NCBI GenBank assembly: GCA_963612925.1
Contig: CAVDXG010000001.1
Location: 3,824 to 67,823 of the forward strand
DNA: 64,000 bases
From: Coriobacteriaceae bacterium
GTDB taxonomy: Bacteria > Bacillota_I > Bacilli_A > RFN20 > CAG-826
Direction: 5' to 3'
Positions within the stretch are counted from its first letter, which is position 1; the number at the start of each line of letters is the position of its first letter. Shown here one piece after another: positions 8,681 to 17,125 of the stretch. The notes under the pieces are model-generated. The model had not been told where the DNA came from and searched no databases. It worked only from the letters and a program-made list of their open reading frames with translations. A program made the position numbers and the translations under genes.

Positions 8681-10798
8681 TTAGATTTTCGATAAGACGA
8701 CTTTGTTATCTAGATAATCCACTTTGAATTTGTGTTTAGTGTCGACTGTGCCATCGATAATGGCTCTAGCGATGACAGTTTCAATCTCGCTTTGGATGAA
8801 GCGTTTGATTGGTCGAGCTCCAAATTCATAAGAGTAGGAAGAATCAAGAATATATTTCTTCAAGTTATCGCTGAATTCAAAGGAATAATAATTTTCTTTA
8901 AGTCGATTGTTCAAGATATTTAACATCTTCTCAACGACTTTATATTGGACATCCTTTGAAAGAGGATTGAAGTAGACAATTTCATCGATACGATTCAAGA
9001 ATTCTGGTCTAAAGGTGCGGTGGAGAAGTTCATTAACTTCATCCTTTTTGCCTTCTAGCAATAAATCACTTCCTAAATTTGAGGTCATGATAATAATCGT
9101 ATTCTTGAAGTCAATTACTCGGCCTTGAGAATCGGTTATTCGTCCATCATCAAGAATTTGTAAGAGCAAATTGAAGACTTCTGGATGCGCCTTTTCGATT
9201 TCATCGAATAAGACGATGCAATAAGGATTTCTTCGCACTTTTTCAGTGAGTTGTCCGCCTTCTTCATAACCAACATAGCCTGGTGGGGCTCCAATTAGTC
9301 TAGAAGTGCTATATTTCTCCATATATTCGCTCATGTCGATGCGGACCATGTGCGTTTCGCTGTCAAATAGCGCTTCCGCAAGAGCGCGAGCGACTTCGGT
9401 TTTGCCAACACCAGTCGGTCCTAAAAAGAGGAAGGAACCAATTGGTTTATTTTGATCTTTAATGCCTGCTCTTTGACGCAAGATTGCATCGCTAACTAAT
9501 GAAATAGCTTCATCTTGACCGATTACGCGTTTTTCAAGAATTTCTTTTAGATGCAGCACTTTTTCTTTATCACCTTGGGAAATTTTGCTCACCGGAATAT
9601 TGGTTTGCTTTGAAACGATCTTAGCAATTTCTTCTTCAGTGACTACTTCAGAGAGAATGTGATCGTGCTTTTCTTTATCTTCAATAACTGACAATTCTTT
9701 TTCTATCTCCGGAATTTCTTTGTATTGAATTTGACTTGCTCTTTCATAATTTGCTGAAGTGAAGGCATTATTTAGTTCGAATCGAGCTTTATCGAGTTTA
9801 ACTTTTAATTCCTTAGCTTTGCTAATTTCTTGTTTTTCGTCTTGCCATTTCTTGTAGATTTTATCTTGTTCAACTTTTAGGTTATCGAGATTTTCTACTA
9901 ATTTTTCAAGACGTTTTTTGCTTGAATCATCGCTTTCTTTTTCAAGAGCAACTCTTTCAATTTCTAACTGCTTAATTTTACGATTGAGTTCATCAAGTTC
10001 AGTTGGAGTTGATTCAATTTCCACTCGGATTGAAGCACAGGCTTCATCGATTAAATCGATGGCCTTATCTGGCAAAAATCGATTAGTTATATATCGATTA
10101 GATAATGTGACCGCGGCGATAATGGCATTATCAGTGATTTTCACGCCGTGATGAGATTCGAATTTTTCTTTTAAGCCTCTTAAAATAGAAATTGTATCTT
10201 CCACGGTTGGTTCGTTGACCATTACCGGCTGAAATCTTCTTTCGAGTGCGCGATCTTTTTCGATGTATTCGCGATATTCATTTAAGGTTGTCGCCCCGAT
10301 ACAATCGATTTCACCTCGAGCAAGCATTGGTTTAAGCATATTGCTAGCATCAAGTGCTCCATCAGCCTTTCCGGCTCCGACGATTAAATGGATTTCATCG
10401 ATGAAAAGAATGATTTTGCCTTCGCTAGCTTTAATTTTGTTTAAAACTGCTTTTAATCTTTCTTCGAATTCTCCACGATACTTTGCGCCCGCGACGAGTG
10501 CGCCCATATCCAATTCAAATATAGTTTTATTTTTTAGTGAAAGAGGAACATCATCTTTGACAATTCGTTCCGCTAGTCCTTCAAGAATGGCGGTTTTACC
10601 AACACCTGGTTCACCGATTAAGATGACATTGTTTTTATTTTTTCTAGCCAAAATTTCGATGATTTTTCTTATTTCATCATCGCGACCAATGACTGGATCA
10701 ATTTTGCCATCTCGAACTTGCTGAGTAACATCACGACCAAATTTTTCAAGGATATTTTCGTCTTTGGAATAATCTTCCATACCGTCCATATTGTTCAT
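8681..10798 (-). CDS. clpB: ClpB-type AAA+ disaggregase chaperone lacking the N-terminal domain
   Basis: Two AAA+ modules (GEPGVGKT and GPTGVGKT Walker A motifs) are separated by a long coiled-coil M-domain. At 705 aa there is no N-domain, as in mollicute ClpB. The RBS is AGGAGG. Confidence 0.9.
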   Translation of the reverse strand: MNNMDGMEDYSKDENILEKFGRDVTQQVRDGKIDPVIGRDDEIRKIIEILARKNKNNVILIGEPGVGKTAILEGLAERIVKDDVPLSLKNKTIFELDMGALVAGAKYRGEFEERLKAVLNKIKASEGKIILFIDEIHLIVGAGKADGALDASNMLKPMLARGEIDCIGATTLNEYREYIEKDRALERRFQPVMVNEPTVEDTISILRGLKEKFESHHGVKITDNAIIAAVTLSNRYITNRFLPDKAIDLIDEACASIRVEIESTPTELDELNRKIKQLEIERVALEKESDDSSKKRLEKLVENLDNLKVEQDKIYKKWQDEKQEISKAKELKVKLDKARFELNNAFTSANYERASQIQYKEIPEIEKELSVIEDKEKHDHILSEVVTEEEIAKIVSKQTNIPVSKISQGDKEKVLHLKEILEKRVIGQDEAISLVSDAILRQRAGIKDQNKPIGSFLFLGPTGVGKTEVARALAEALFDSETHMVRIDMSEYMEKYSTSRLIGAPPGYVGYEEGGQLTEKVRRNPYCIVLFDEIEKAHPEVFNLLLQILDDGRITDSQGRVIDFKNTIIIMTSNLGSDLLLEGKKDEVNELLHRTFRPEFLNRIDEIVYFNPLSKDVQYKVVEKMLNILNNRLKENYYSFEFSDNLKKYILDSSYSYEFGARPIKRFIQSEIETVIARAIIDGTVDTKHKFKVDYLDNKVVLSKI

Positions 10799-10817
10799 AA
10801 GTTTACCTCCTTGTATT

Positions 10818-10844
10818 TTGGCACTCTTAATATCTGAGTGCTAA
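10818..10844. promoter_or_regulatory. CIRCE operator (HrcA site), one mismatch
   Basis: TTGGCACTC-N9-GAGTGCTAA, compared with the consensus TTAGCACTC-N9-GAGTGCTAA. Lies between the clpB -10 element and its RBS. Confidence 0.75.
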
Positions 10845-10848
10845 CATT

Positions 10849-10876
10849 ATTATAGTAAAAAATTAGCACTCGTCAA
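10849..10876 (-). promoter_or_regulatory. Sigma-A-type promoter of clpB
   Basis: On the minus strand: TTGACG (-35), a 16-nt spacer, then TATAAT (-10). The -35 element sits inside the spacer of the second CIRCE. Confidence 0.55.
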
Positions 10877-10889
10877 CTTTGAGTGCTAA
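10863..10889. promoter_or_regulatory. CIRCE operator (HrcA site), perfect match
   Basis: TTAGCACTC-GTCAACTTT-GAGTGCTAA. Confidence 0.85.
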
Positions 10890-10918
10890 ATTTCGTGAAT
10901 AATACCTATTATTCGGAA

Positions 10919-11296
10919 CTATTTTTTATTTTTAAGCGATTTTTTAATCGCGTTTAAGGTCTCTTTTGAGATGACATGTTCTAGGAGACAGCAATCCTTA
11001 TCGGCGGTTTTTTCACTTACCCCGATTTGGATTAGAAAGTCGCGAATCGTGATGTGAATGTTATAGACTTTTTTGCCGATTTTTCTTCCTTCATCGGTTA
11101 AAGAAATTGAGCCATATCTTTCTTTTTCAATATAGTTTAATTTTAAAAGTTCGTTCATCGCTTTGGTAACAGCTGGTTTAGAAACGCCAATCATTCTAGC
11201 GATTTCTACTGATTTTGCTTGTTTACCTTTTTGTTCGAGAATGTAGATAGCTTCAATATAGTCTTCAATTGATTGAGATAATTGGGAATGTTTCAT
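10919..11296 (-). CDS. DtxR/MntR family metal-dependent transcriptional regulator
   Basis: 125 aa. The N-terminal DYIEAIYILEQKGKQAKSVEIARMIGVSKPAVTKAMNEL wHTH followed by a ...LTDEGRKIG dimerisation helix is characteristic of the MntR/DtxR family. Confidence 0.75.
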   Translation of the reverse strand: MKHSQLSQSIEDYIEAIYILEQKGKQAKSVEIARMIGVSKPAVTKAMNELLKLNYIEKERYGSISLTDEGRKIGKKVYNIHITIRDFLIQIGVSEKTADKDCCLLEHVISKETLNAIKKSLKNKK

Positions 11297-11379
11297 ATAA
11301 AAAAATATAGTGAGTAAATTCTAAGAATTCAAGAATTTGCTAATTTAATTTTTTAGTTAAAAAAAGTAATATAGAAAGC

Positions 11380-12282
11380 ATGGATAATCTTGAAACACTT
11401 TTTGATAAACAGCAGTACGATTTAATCATCAAATTAACGGAAGATTCTTTTGATTATAAGGAATGTTTTTTGCATCTTCTTTCACTGGTGATGCTTAAGC
11501 GATATGACGATGCTTTAGTAGATATTGCTAATCATCAAACTATCTTAGAAAAAGGGAATTTGTATAAGCTTATTAAACTTCATTTTGAATTGCTTTTTTC
11601 TTTAGCGTTATTTGATGAGGCTAAAAAAGCTTTAAAGCATTATCAAGATTTGCCCTATGATTCGCAGAAAGTGGAGGAGTTACTTATAGATTTGCCTAAG
11701 CAAATTGAAGAGGAAGAACACCCTAATTCTAAAGTACTAACTTTAGATGAGGCCAACGAAATTCTTTTAAAAGAGAGTGATAACGCTTTGCTAGCTGAGG
11801 CTTTATTTTCGCTAAAAGAATTAAATTTTAAAGGTTATGTTGATGCCTTAAAAACTGTAATTGTAAATGAAAAAATCCATCCTAATTTAAGAACTTTTGG
11901 CTTAATCGTTTTAAAAGAAAATGAATACGATAAGGAAGTTGAATTTTTGACTCCAACAAAGGAATTAATAAAAGTAAATCCTCATAAACTGGAAGCCCCT
12001 TTTTGTTCTAAAGCCTACTTTGAAGTTCGCAAAGGAATTGATGAATTAGCTAAGAAAGATGTGAGCATGCATCAAACTGCTTTTCAATTATTAAATTGCT
12101 TAGTTATGGATCTTTATCCTAGCGATATTAATTTAGCGGAACCTCTAAAAGTAGCTCGAGCCATCATATTGTTAGCTAAAGAATCGATGCAGCAGAAAAA
12201 TATCAATGAAGATGATGATATTATTCTTCTAAAGAATAAAATTAGCGATATTGCTAAGGAAATTCCTGATCTAGTTCTTTGA
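11380..12282 (+). CDS. Hypothetical all-helical protein
   Basis: 300-aa ORF transcribed divergently from the MntR-like gene. No recognisable motifs. Confidence 0.5.
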   Translation: MDNLETLFDKQQYDLIIKLTEDSFDYKECFLHLLSLVMLKRYDDALVDIANHQTILEKGNLYKLIKLHFELLFSLALFDEAKKALKHYQDLPYDSQKVEELLIDLPKQIEEEEHPNSKVLTLDEANEILLKESDNALLAEALFSLKELNFKGYVDALKTVIVNEKIHPNLRTFGLIVLKENEYDKEVEFLTPTKELIKVNPHKLEAPFCSKAYFEVRKGIDELAKKDVSMHQTAFQLLNCLVMDLYPSDINLAEPLKVARAIILLAKESMQQKNINEDDDIILLKNKISDIAKEIPDLVL

Positions 12283-12391
12283 TTTTTAAGCGATAAAAAT
12301 AGGTGATTATTATTTTATCTTTTTGCTTGTATTGATATAAGCATTTTTATATACTTTTACTTAGTAAATTTAAGGAGACACAATAAAATTT

Positions 12392-13681
12392 ATGAAAAGA
12401 GTAATCAATAAACTTGAAAATTCTAAAGTCGAAGTCATCTGCGACATCGACACAAAAACTTGGCAAGATGAACAAGAAAAAGCTTTTGAAAAATTAGCTA
12501 AAGATTTTAGTTTGCCCGGTTTTAGAAAAGGAAAAGTTCCGGCTGAAATGGCTCGCAAGCACATCGATAAAATGAAAATCTTAAATGAAGCTATCAACGA
12601 TTTGCTTCAACCTACCTTTGATGAAGTTTTAAAAGAAGAAAAACTCACTCCAATGGTTCGTCCAACTGTTGATGTTACTAAAGTAAGCGATACTGAACTT
12701 CAGCTTAAATTCGTCATCGTTTTACCTCCAGAGGTCAAGCTTGGAACTTATAAAGGCTTAGATTTAGTCCGCGATAAAGTTTCAGTTACCAAAGAAGAAA
12801 TCGATAAGGAAGTTGAAAAATTAGTTGCTCAAAACGCAAATCTAGTTGTGAGCGAAAATCCAGCGAAAATCGGTGACACTGTCGTTATCGATTTTGTCGG
12901 TTCGATTGATGGCAAAGAATTTGATGGAGGAAAAGCTGATAACTTCTCCTTGGAACTTGGATCGCATCAATTTGTCCCTGGTTTTGAAGAACAATTAGTT
13001 GGCGTTAAAAGCGGTGATATAGTCGATGTTTTAGTCACTTTCCCTGAACAATATGTCAAAGACTTAGCCGGCAAGAAAGCTAACTTTAAAGTCACTGTTC
13101 ACGAAGTGAAAGAAAAAGTCGTTCCCGAATTGAATGAAGAGCTCATCAAAGAACTTGCTATTCCAGAAGTCAATGATGTTGCTTCTTTACATGAACATCT
13201 TAAAAAACAATTGACATCTCAAAAAGAAAATCAAGCTAATAATAAATTGTTAGATGCGATTATTGCTAAAGTTGTCGATTCTTCAAATGTCGAACTCTCT
13301 AAAGAGATTGTCGATGAAGAAATCGAAGGCATGAAACACAACATCGAAAATCAAGTCAAAGGCCGTGGTTTAACAATGGAACAATATTTAGATATCACTG
13401 GTCAAAATAAGGAACATTTTGAAGAACATCTTCGTAAAGACGCTGAAAAGAATCTTCGTTCAGTGCTCGTGATGGAAGAAATCGCGAAAGCTGAAAATAT
13501 TAAAGTTGAAGAAAAAGATCTTGAAGAAGAATTTAAAAAGATTGCCGACCAATACAAAATGGACGTCAAGCAAGTTAAAGAAATTCTCTCTAAAGACCTC
13601 AATCGTTTTTCAATGGAGATTAGAACTCGTCGAATCCAAGACTTCTTAATTGAAGCTAACGAAAAGAAAAACGTAAAATAA
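12392..13681 (+). CDS. tig: Trigger factor
   Basis: The N-terminus ...FSLPGFRKGKVP is the trigger-factor ribosome-binding signature. Length is 429 aa, the RBS is AAGGAG, and lon follows. Confidence 0.9.
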   Translation: MKRVINKLENSKVEVICDIDTKTWQDEQEKAFEKLAKDFSLPGFRKGKVPAEMARKHIDKMKILNEAINDLLQPTFDEVLKEEKLTPMVRPTVDVTKVSDTELQLKFVIVLPPEVKLGTYKGLDLVRDKVSVTKEEIDKEVEKLVAQNANLVVSENPAKIGDTVVIDFVGSIDGKEFDGGKADNFSLELGSHQFVPGFEEQLVGVKSGDIVDVLVTFPEQYVKDLAGKKANFKVTVHEVKEKVVPELNEELIKELAIPEVNDVASLHEHLKKQLTSQKENQANNKLLDAIIAKVVDSSNVELSKEIVDEEIEGMKHNIENQVKGRGLTMEQYLDITGQNKEHFEEHLRKDAEKNLRSVLVMEEIAKAENIKVEEKDLEEEFKKIADQYKMDVKQVKEILSKDLNRFSMEIRTRRIQDFLIEANEKKNVK

Positions 13682-13701
13682 AATTGTAAGGAGAGCAATT
13701 G

Positions 13702-16023
13702 ATGGATAAAAAAAGTAAAATTTCGCTTCCGTTATTGATAACGAAAAATTTCGTTATCTTTCCTGGAAAAAAAGACGAAAAAGTTGATGCTGGTCGTGAT
13801 TTTTCGATTAAAGCTATCAATGCGTCTCGAGATTTAAATAGCTCTTTACTTTTAATTACTAGCCAAAAAGATTCATCAGTTGAAGCACCGAGCGATAAAG
13901 ATGTTTATTCAGTTGGCACTTTAGCCAAGATTGTCTCTTATAGCGACATGAAAGGCTATGTGAGAATCCGCATCATTGCTGAAGATAGATTTTCCTTTAA
14001 ATCAATAAATTTTGACCCTCAAGGTTTCTATGTTGGCGAAGGTTATATTTTAGAAAGCATTGAAAGCAATGAAAAAGAAAGTGCCAGTTTGATGAAAAAG
14101 ATATGGTCGATCATCAACACTTTGAATAAATTTATCGCGACTTTGCCTCGCCAAATCTATTTAGAACTATCATCTTTAAAATTGAGCGCTTCTGAATTTG
14201 CTGACATTTTAGCTCCTTATTTATTCACAACTGAAAAGAAGCGTCAGGAGTTGCTTGAAGAAGCGGATGCTACTAAACGACTTGAATTTGTTTTAGATAT
14301 TGTCAATGAGATGAAGTTAGAAAACCAAGTCGACGCTGACATTGAAAAGCGCGTTGCTAAAAGCGTTGAGAAAAACCAAAAGGATTTTATCCTTCACGAA
14401 AAACTCAAAGCTATCAAGGAAGAGCTTGGCGATAAAGATGGAGATAATCCGGAATCAATTTTAGAAAAAGTTGAAAATAATCCATATCCTGAGCACATTA
14501 AAAATAGAATAAAAGCTGAACTTAAGCGTTATGATATGCTTCCGCAAGCTTCGCTTGAATCTTCTCTATTGATGTCGTATATTCAAACGCTTTTAGAAGT
14601 GCCTTGGTATCAAAAGACCGAAGATAATGATGATTTAAATAATGTTAAAAAGATTCTTGACGAAGACCATTATGGTCTAAGCAAAGTCAAAGAAAGAATT
14701 GTTGAATATTTAGCGGTCAAAAAGATGACTGGCAATTTAAAAGCTCCGATTCTTTGCTTCTATGGACCTCCGGGCTGCGGAAAAACTTCGCTAGGCCGTT
14801 CTATTGCTAGAGCCTTAGGCAGAAAATTCTTTAAAGCTTCTTTAGGTGGAATTTCTGATGAAGCTGAAATTAGAGGCCATCGTCGAACTTATGTTGGCTC
14901 GATGCCTGGACGAATTATCGCTGGCATGAAAAAAGCCGGTGTCATCAATCCAGTATTTTTACTTGATGAAATCGATAAATTGTCTTCCTCTTATAAAGGT
15001 GATCCTTCCAGTGCGCTTCTTGAAGTGCTTGATCCAGAACAGAATTTTGCTTTCAACGATAATTATTTAGAAGAGCCTTACGATTTAAGCAATGTCTTAT
15101 TTATTTGCACGGCGAATTATCTTGATAATATTCCAGGACCGCTTAGAGATCGTCTTGAATTAATTGAAGTCAATTCCTATACCGAACTTGAAAAGGTTCA
15201 AATCGCCAAACATTTCCTTCTAAAGAAGCAACTTAAGGCGAATGGGCTTGATGCTAAACATGTCAAATTTAGTGATGATGCTTATAAATTTATCATCGAG
15301 AAATACACGATGGAAGCTGGTGTTCGTGAACTAGAACGCAAAATAGCTGCCATTTTAAGAAAGGTTGTTGTTGAAATACTCACTTCTGAAAATAAAAATG
15401 AAGTTGTTTCGATTACGCCTAAACAAGTTGAAAAATATTTAGGTATTCCTCTATTTGAAAATTCTAAAAAAGAGAAGAGCGAACAAGTTGGTGTTGTCAC
15501 TGGACTTGCCTACACTCAATATGGCGGAGATATTCTTCCAATTGAAGTCAACTATTTCCCAGGAAAAGGTGGCTTAGTTTTAACTGGAAAATTAGGCGAC
15601 GTCATGAAAGAGAGCGCCTCAATTGCTCTAGATTATGTCAAAGCTAACGCCAAAAAATATAAAATCGATAGCAAACTTTTCGCGGACAATGATATTCATA
15701 TCCATGTTCCTGAAGGAGCGGTTCCTAAAGATGGACCAAGTGCCGGCGTTGCGATTACAACGGCGATTATTTCCTCTTTAACCAACCGACCAGTTGATAA
15801 CAATGTGGCGATGACGGGTGAAGTTACTCTTCGCGGAAGAGCTCTTCCAATCGGAGGACTTCGCGAAAAATCGTTAGCGGCTTTAAGAAGTGGCGTTAAA
15901 ACGATCATCGTTCCTGATGAAAATAAAAAATCTGTCGATGAACTTCCTAAGGAAGTCAAAGAAGGCCTTAATATCCTTTATATGAAAAATGTTGATGACG
16001 CGGTTAAAGTCGCCATTAAGTGA
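13702..16023 (+). CDS. lon: ATP-dependent Lon protease
   Basis: GPPGCGKTS Walker A motif and the PKDGPSAG catalytic-Ser motif. I chose the ATG at 13702 (RBS GGAGAG) over the TTG at 13699. Ends TGA at 16021-16023. Confidence 0.9.
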   Translation: MDKKSKISLPLLITKNFVIFPGKKDEKVDAGRDFSIKAINASRDLNSSLLLITSQKDSSVEAPSDKDVYSVGTLAKIVSYSDMKGYVRIRIIAEDRFSFKSINFDPQGFYVGEGYILESIESNEKESASLMKKIWSIINTLNKFIATLPRQIYLELSSLKLSASEFADILAPYLFTTEKKRQELLEEADATKRLEFVLDIVNEMKLENQVDADIEKRVAKSVEKNQKDFILHEKLKAIKEELGDKDGDNPESILEKVENNPYPEHIKNRIKAELKRYDMLPQASLESSLLMSYIQTLLEVPWYQKTEDNDDLNNVKKILDEDHYGLSKVKERIVEYLAVKKMTGNLKAPILCFYGPPGCGKTSLGRSIARALGRKFFKASLGGISDEAEIRGHRRTYVGSMPGRIIAGMKKAGVINPVFLLDEIDKLSSSYKGDPSSALLEVLDPEQNFAFNDNYLEEPYDLSNVLFICTANYLDNIPGPLRDRLELIEVNSYTELEKVQIAKHFLLKKQLKANGLDAKHVKFSDDAYKFIIEKYTMEAGVRELERKIAAILRKVVVEILTSENKNEVVSITPKQVEKYLGIPLFENSKKEKSEQVGVVTGLAYTQYGGDILPIEVNYFPGKGGLVLTGKLGDVMKESASIALDYVKANAKKYKIDSKLFADNDIHIHVPEGAVPKDGPSAGVAITTAIISSLTNRPVDNNVAMTGEVTLRGRALPIGGLREKSLAALRSGVKTIIVPDENKKSVDELPKEVKEGLNILYMKNVDDAVKVAIK

Positions 16024-16604
16024 TGATTAATTTTGCTAATGCCACTTTTATAAAAAGTGCACCTAATTATTTAGATCGACCAGACTCACATTTAGATGAA
16101 GTTTGTTTTGTTGGCCGAAGTAATGTTGGCAAATCTTCGCTTATCAACGCTTTAACTAAAAAGAAAAAATTAGCCTATACTTCATCTAAACCTGGCTACA
16201 CTAAGCTTTTAAATTATTATTTAATCGATAATTCCTTTTATTTGGTGGATGCGCCAGGCTATGGCTATACCTCATCAGGTAGCAAGCACTTAAACGCTTT
16301 TTCAAAGATGATGGAGAATTATTTCAAAAATCCGCATCTTAAATTAGTAGTTCTTCTTCTTGATTCAAGACGAGTGCCTAATGAAGATGATTTATCATTT
16401 GTAGATTTTCTAAAAGAAAACTATGTCCCATTTTTACTTGTGATGAGCAAGATTGATAAACTGAATCAATCTGAGACATCACAGATGAAAAAGAATATAT
16501 TAGACTCTTTTGGAGAAGTTAATTATTTAACTGTATCGATAAATAAGAGTCAAACAATTGAACAATTAAAAGAAGAAATTGCTCATAGAATTAAAACTAA
16601 GTAG
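16023..16604 (+). CDS. engB: Ribosome-biogenesis GTPase YihA/EngB
   Basis: G1 motif GRSNVGKSSLINAL and G3 motif DAPGYG. The start overlaps the lon stop (TGATG). The tig-lon-engB order is conserved in Firmicutes. Confidence 0.85.
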   Translation: MINFANATFIKSAPNYLDRPDSHLDEVCFVGRSNVGKSSLINALTKKKKLAYTSSKPGYTKLLNYYLIDNSFYLVDAPGYGYTSSGSKHLNAFSKMMENYFKNPHLKLVVLLLDSRRVPNEDDLSFVDFLKENYVPFLLVMSKIDKLNQSETSQMKKNILDSFGEVNYLTVSINKSQTIEQLKEEIAHRIKTK

Positions 16605-16924
16605 TTTCTTCTTGCTTTACGAAATCTGAAGCGGTGTATTCCTCACAGGGTTCATCACTTCTTTTTATAGGCCATTATTGGCACCGCTCTTGCTTTAAAC
16701 CTTTTGAAGTTTTGATAGCTATAAGCAATATTTATTATGTTACAGTGTTCAAGTTTCTTTTAAATAATGCTGTTAGTATCGATACTATCATTTTGTTTTA
16801 TTCTTTTAATTTATTCTATTGATGAAGATTTGATGTTTTTAATTGCATATCTAGATTCTTTATCGCTTGCCGATGAATAAAATTTTTATTAAAATTTAGT
16901 TGCTGTTGACAAAGAGGTTGATAT

Positions 16925-17105
16925 CCACCTTGTTCTTAGAGAGGGCTAATTGCTGAAAAAGCCTAACAAGAAATATCATTGTCGCTTTCGAGGCTGAATA
17001 GGAATATTCCGTAATTCTTGCGTTAAAGATAAATTAAGTGCATATCATAAGATATGAATTAAGGTGGTACCACGTTAATGCGTCCTTAAAATTAGGACGC
17101 TTTTA
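16925..17105 (+). promoter_or_regulatory. T-box riboswitch leader of valS (probably Val-specific)
   Basis: AGAGA (GA/K-turn) near 16938. The T-box motif AATTAAGGTGGTACCACG is at 17057-17074. A terminator hairpin GCGTCC...GGACGC (17079-17100) is followed by TTTT. A GTC triplet at 16981 is a candidate specifier. Confidence 0.75.
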
Positions 17106-17125
17106 TATTGTTGGAGGAAAAAAAG

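Noticed and set aside
11297-11379. Near-palindrome TTCTAAGAATTCAAGAA in the divergent mntR-like / 11380 promoter region as a metalloregulator operator
   Set aside because: It is an imperfect palindrome, and I cannot match it to a known MntR/DtxR box from the sequence alone.
16634-16822. 62-aa ORF in the spacer between engB and the valS T-box
   Set aside because: No RBS, Phe/Tyr/Ile-rich translation typical of AT-rich non-coding DNA. I treat it as non-coding and describe the region as a finding instead.
17108-17125. Upstream TTG/ATG extensions of valS (17108), fmt (25682), hrcA (34260), glyQS (49323), hemW (32550), ispH (56220), ispG (59590), deoC (44666), rpmF (44349) and nfo (57551)
   Set aside because: The extended starts lack an RBS, run into terminators or CIRCE operators, or collide with neighbouring genes. 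Internal ATGs with SD sequences give the canonical N-termini.
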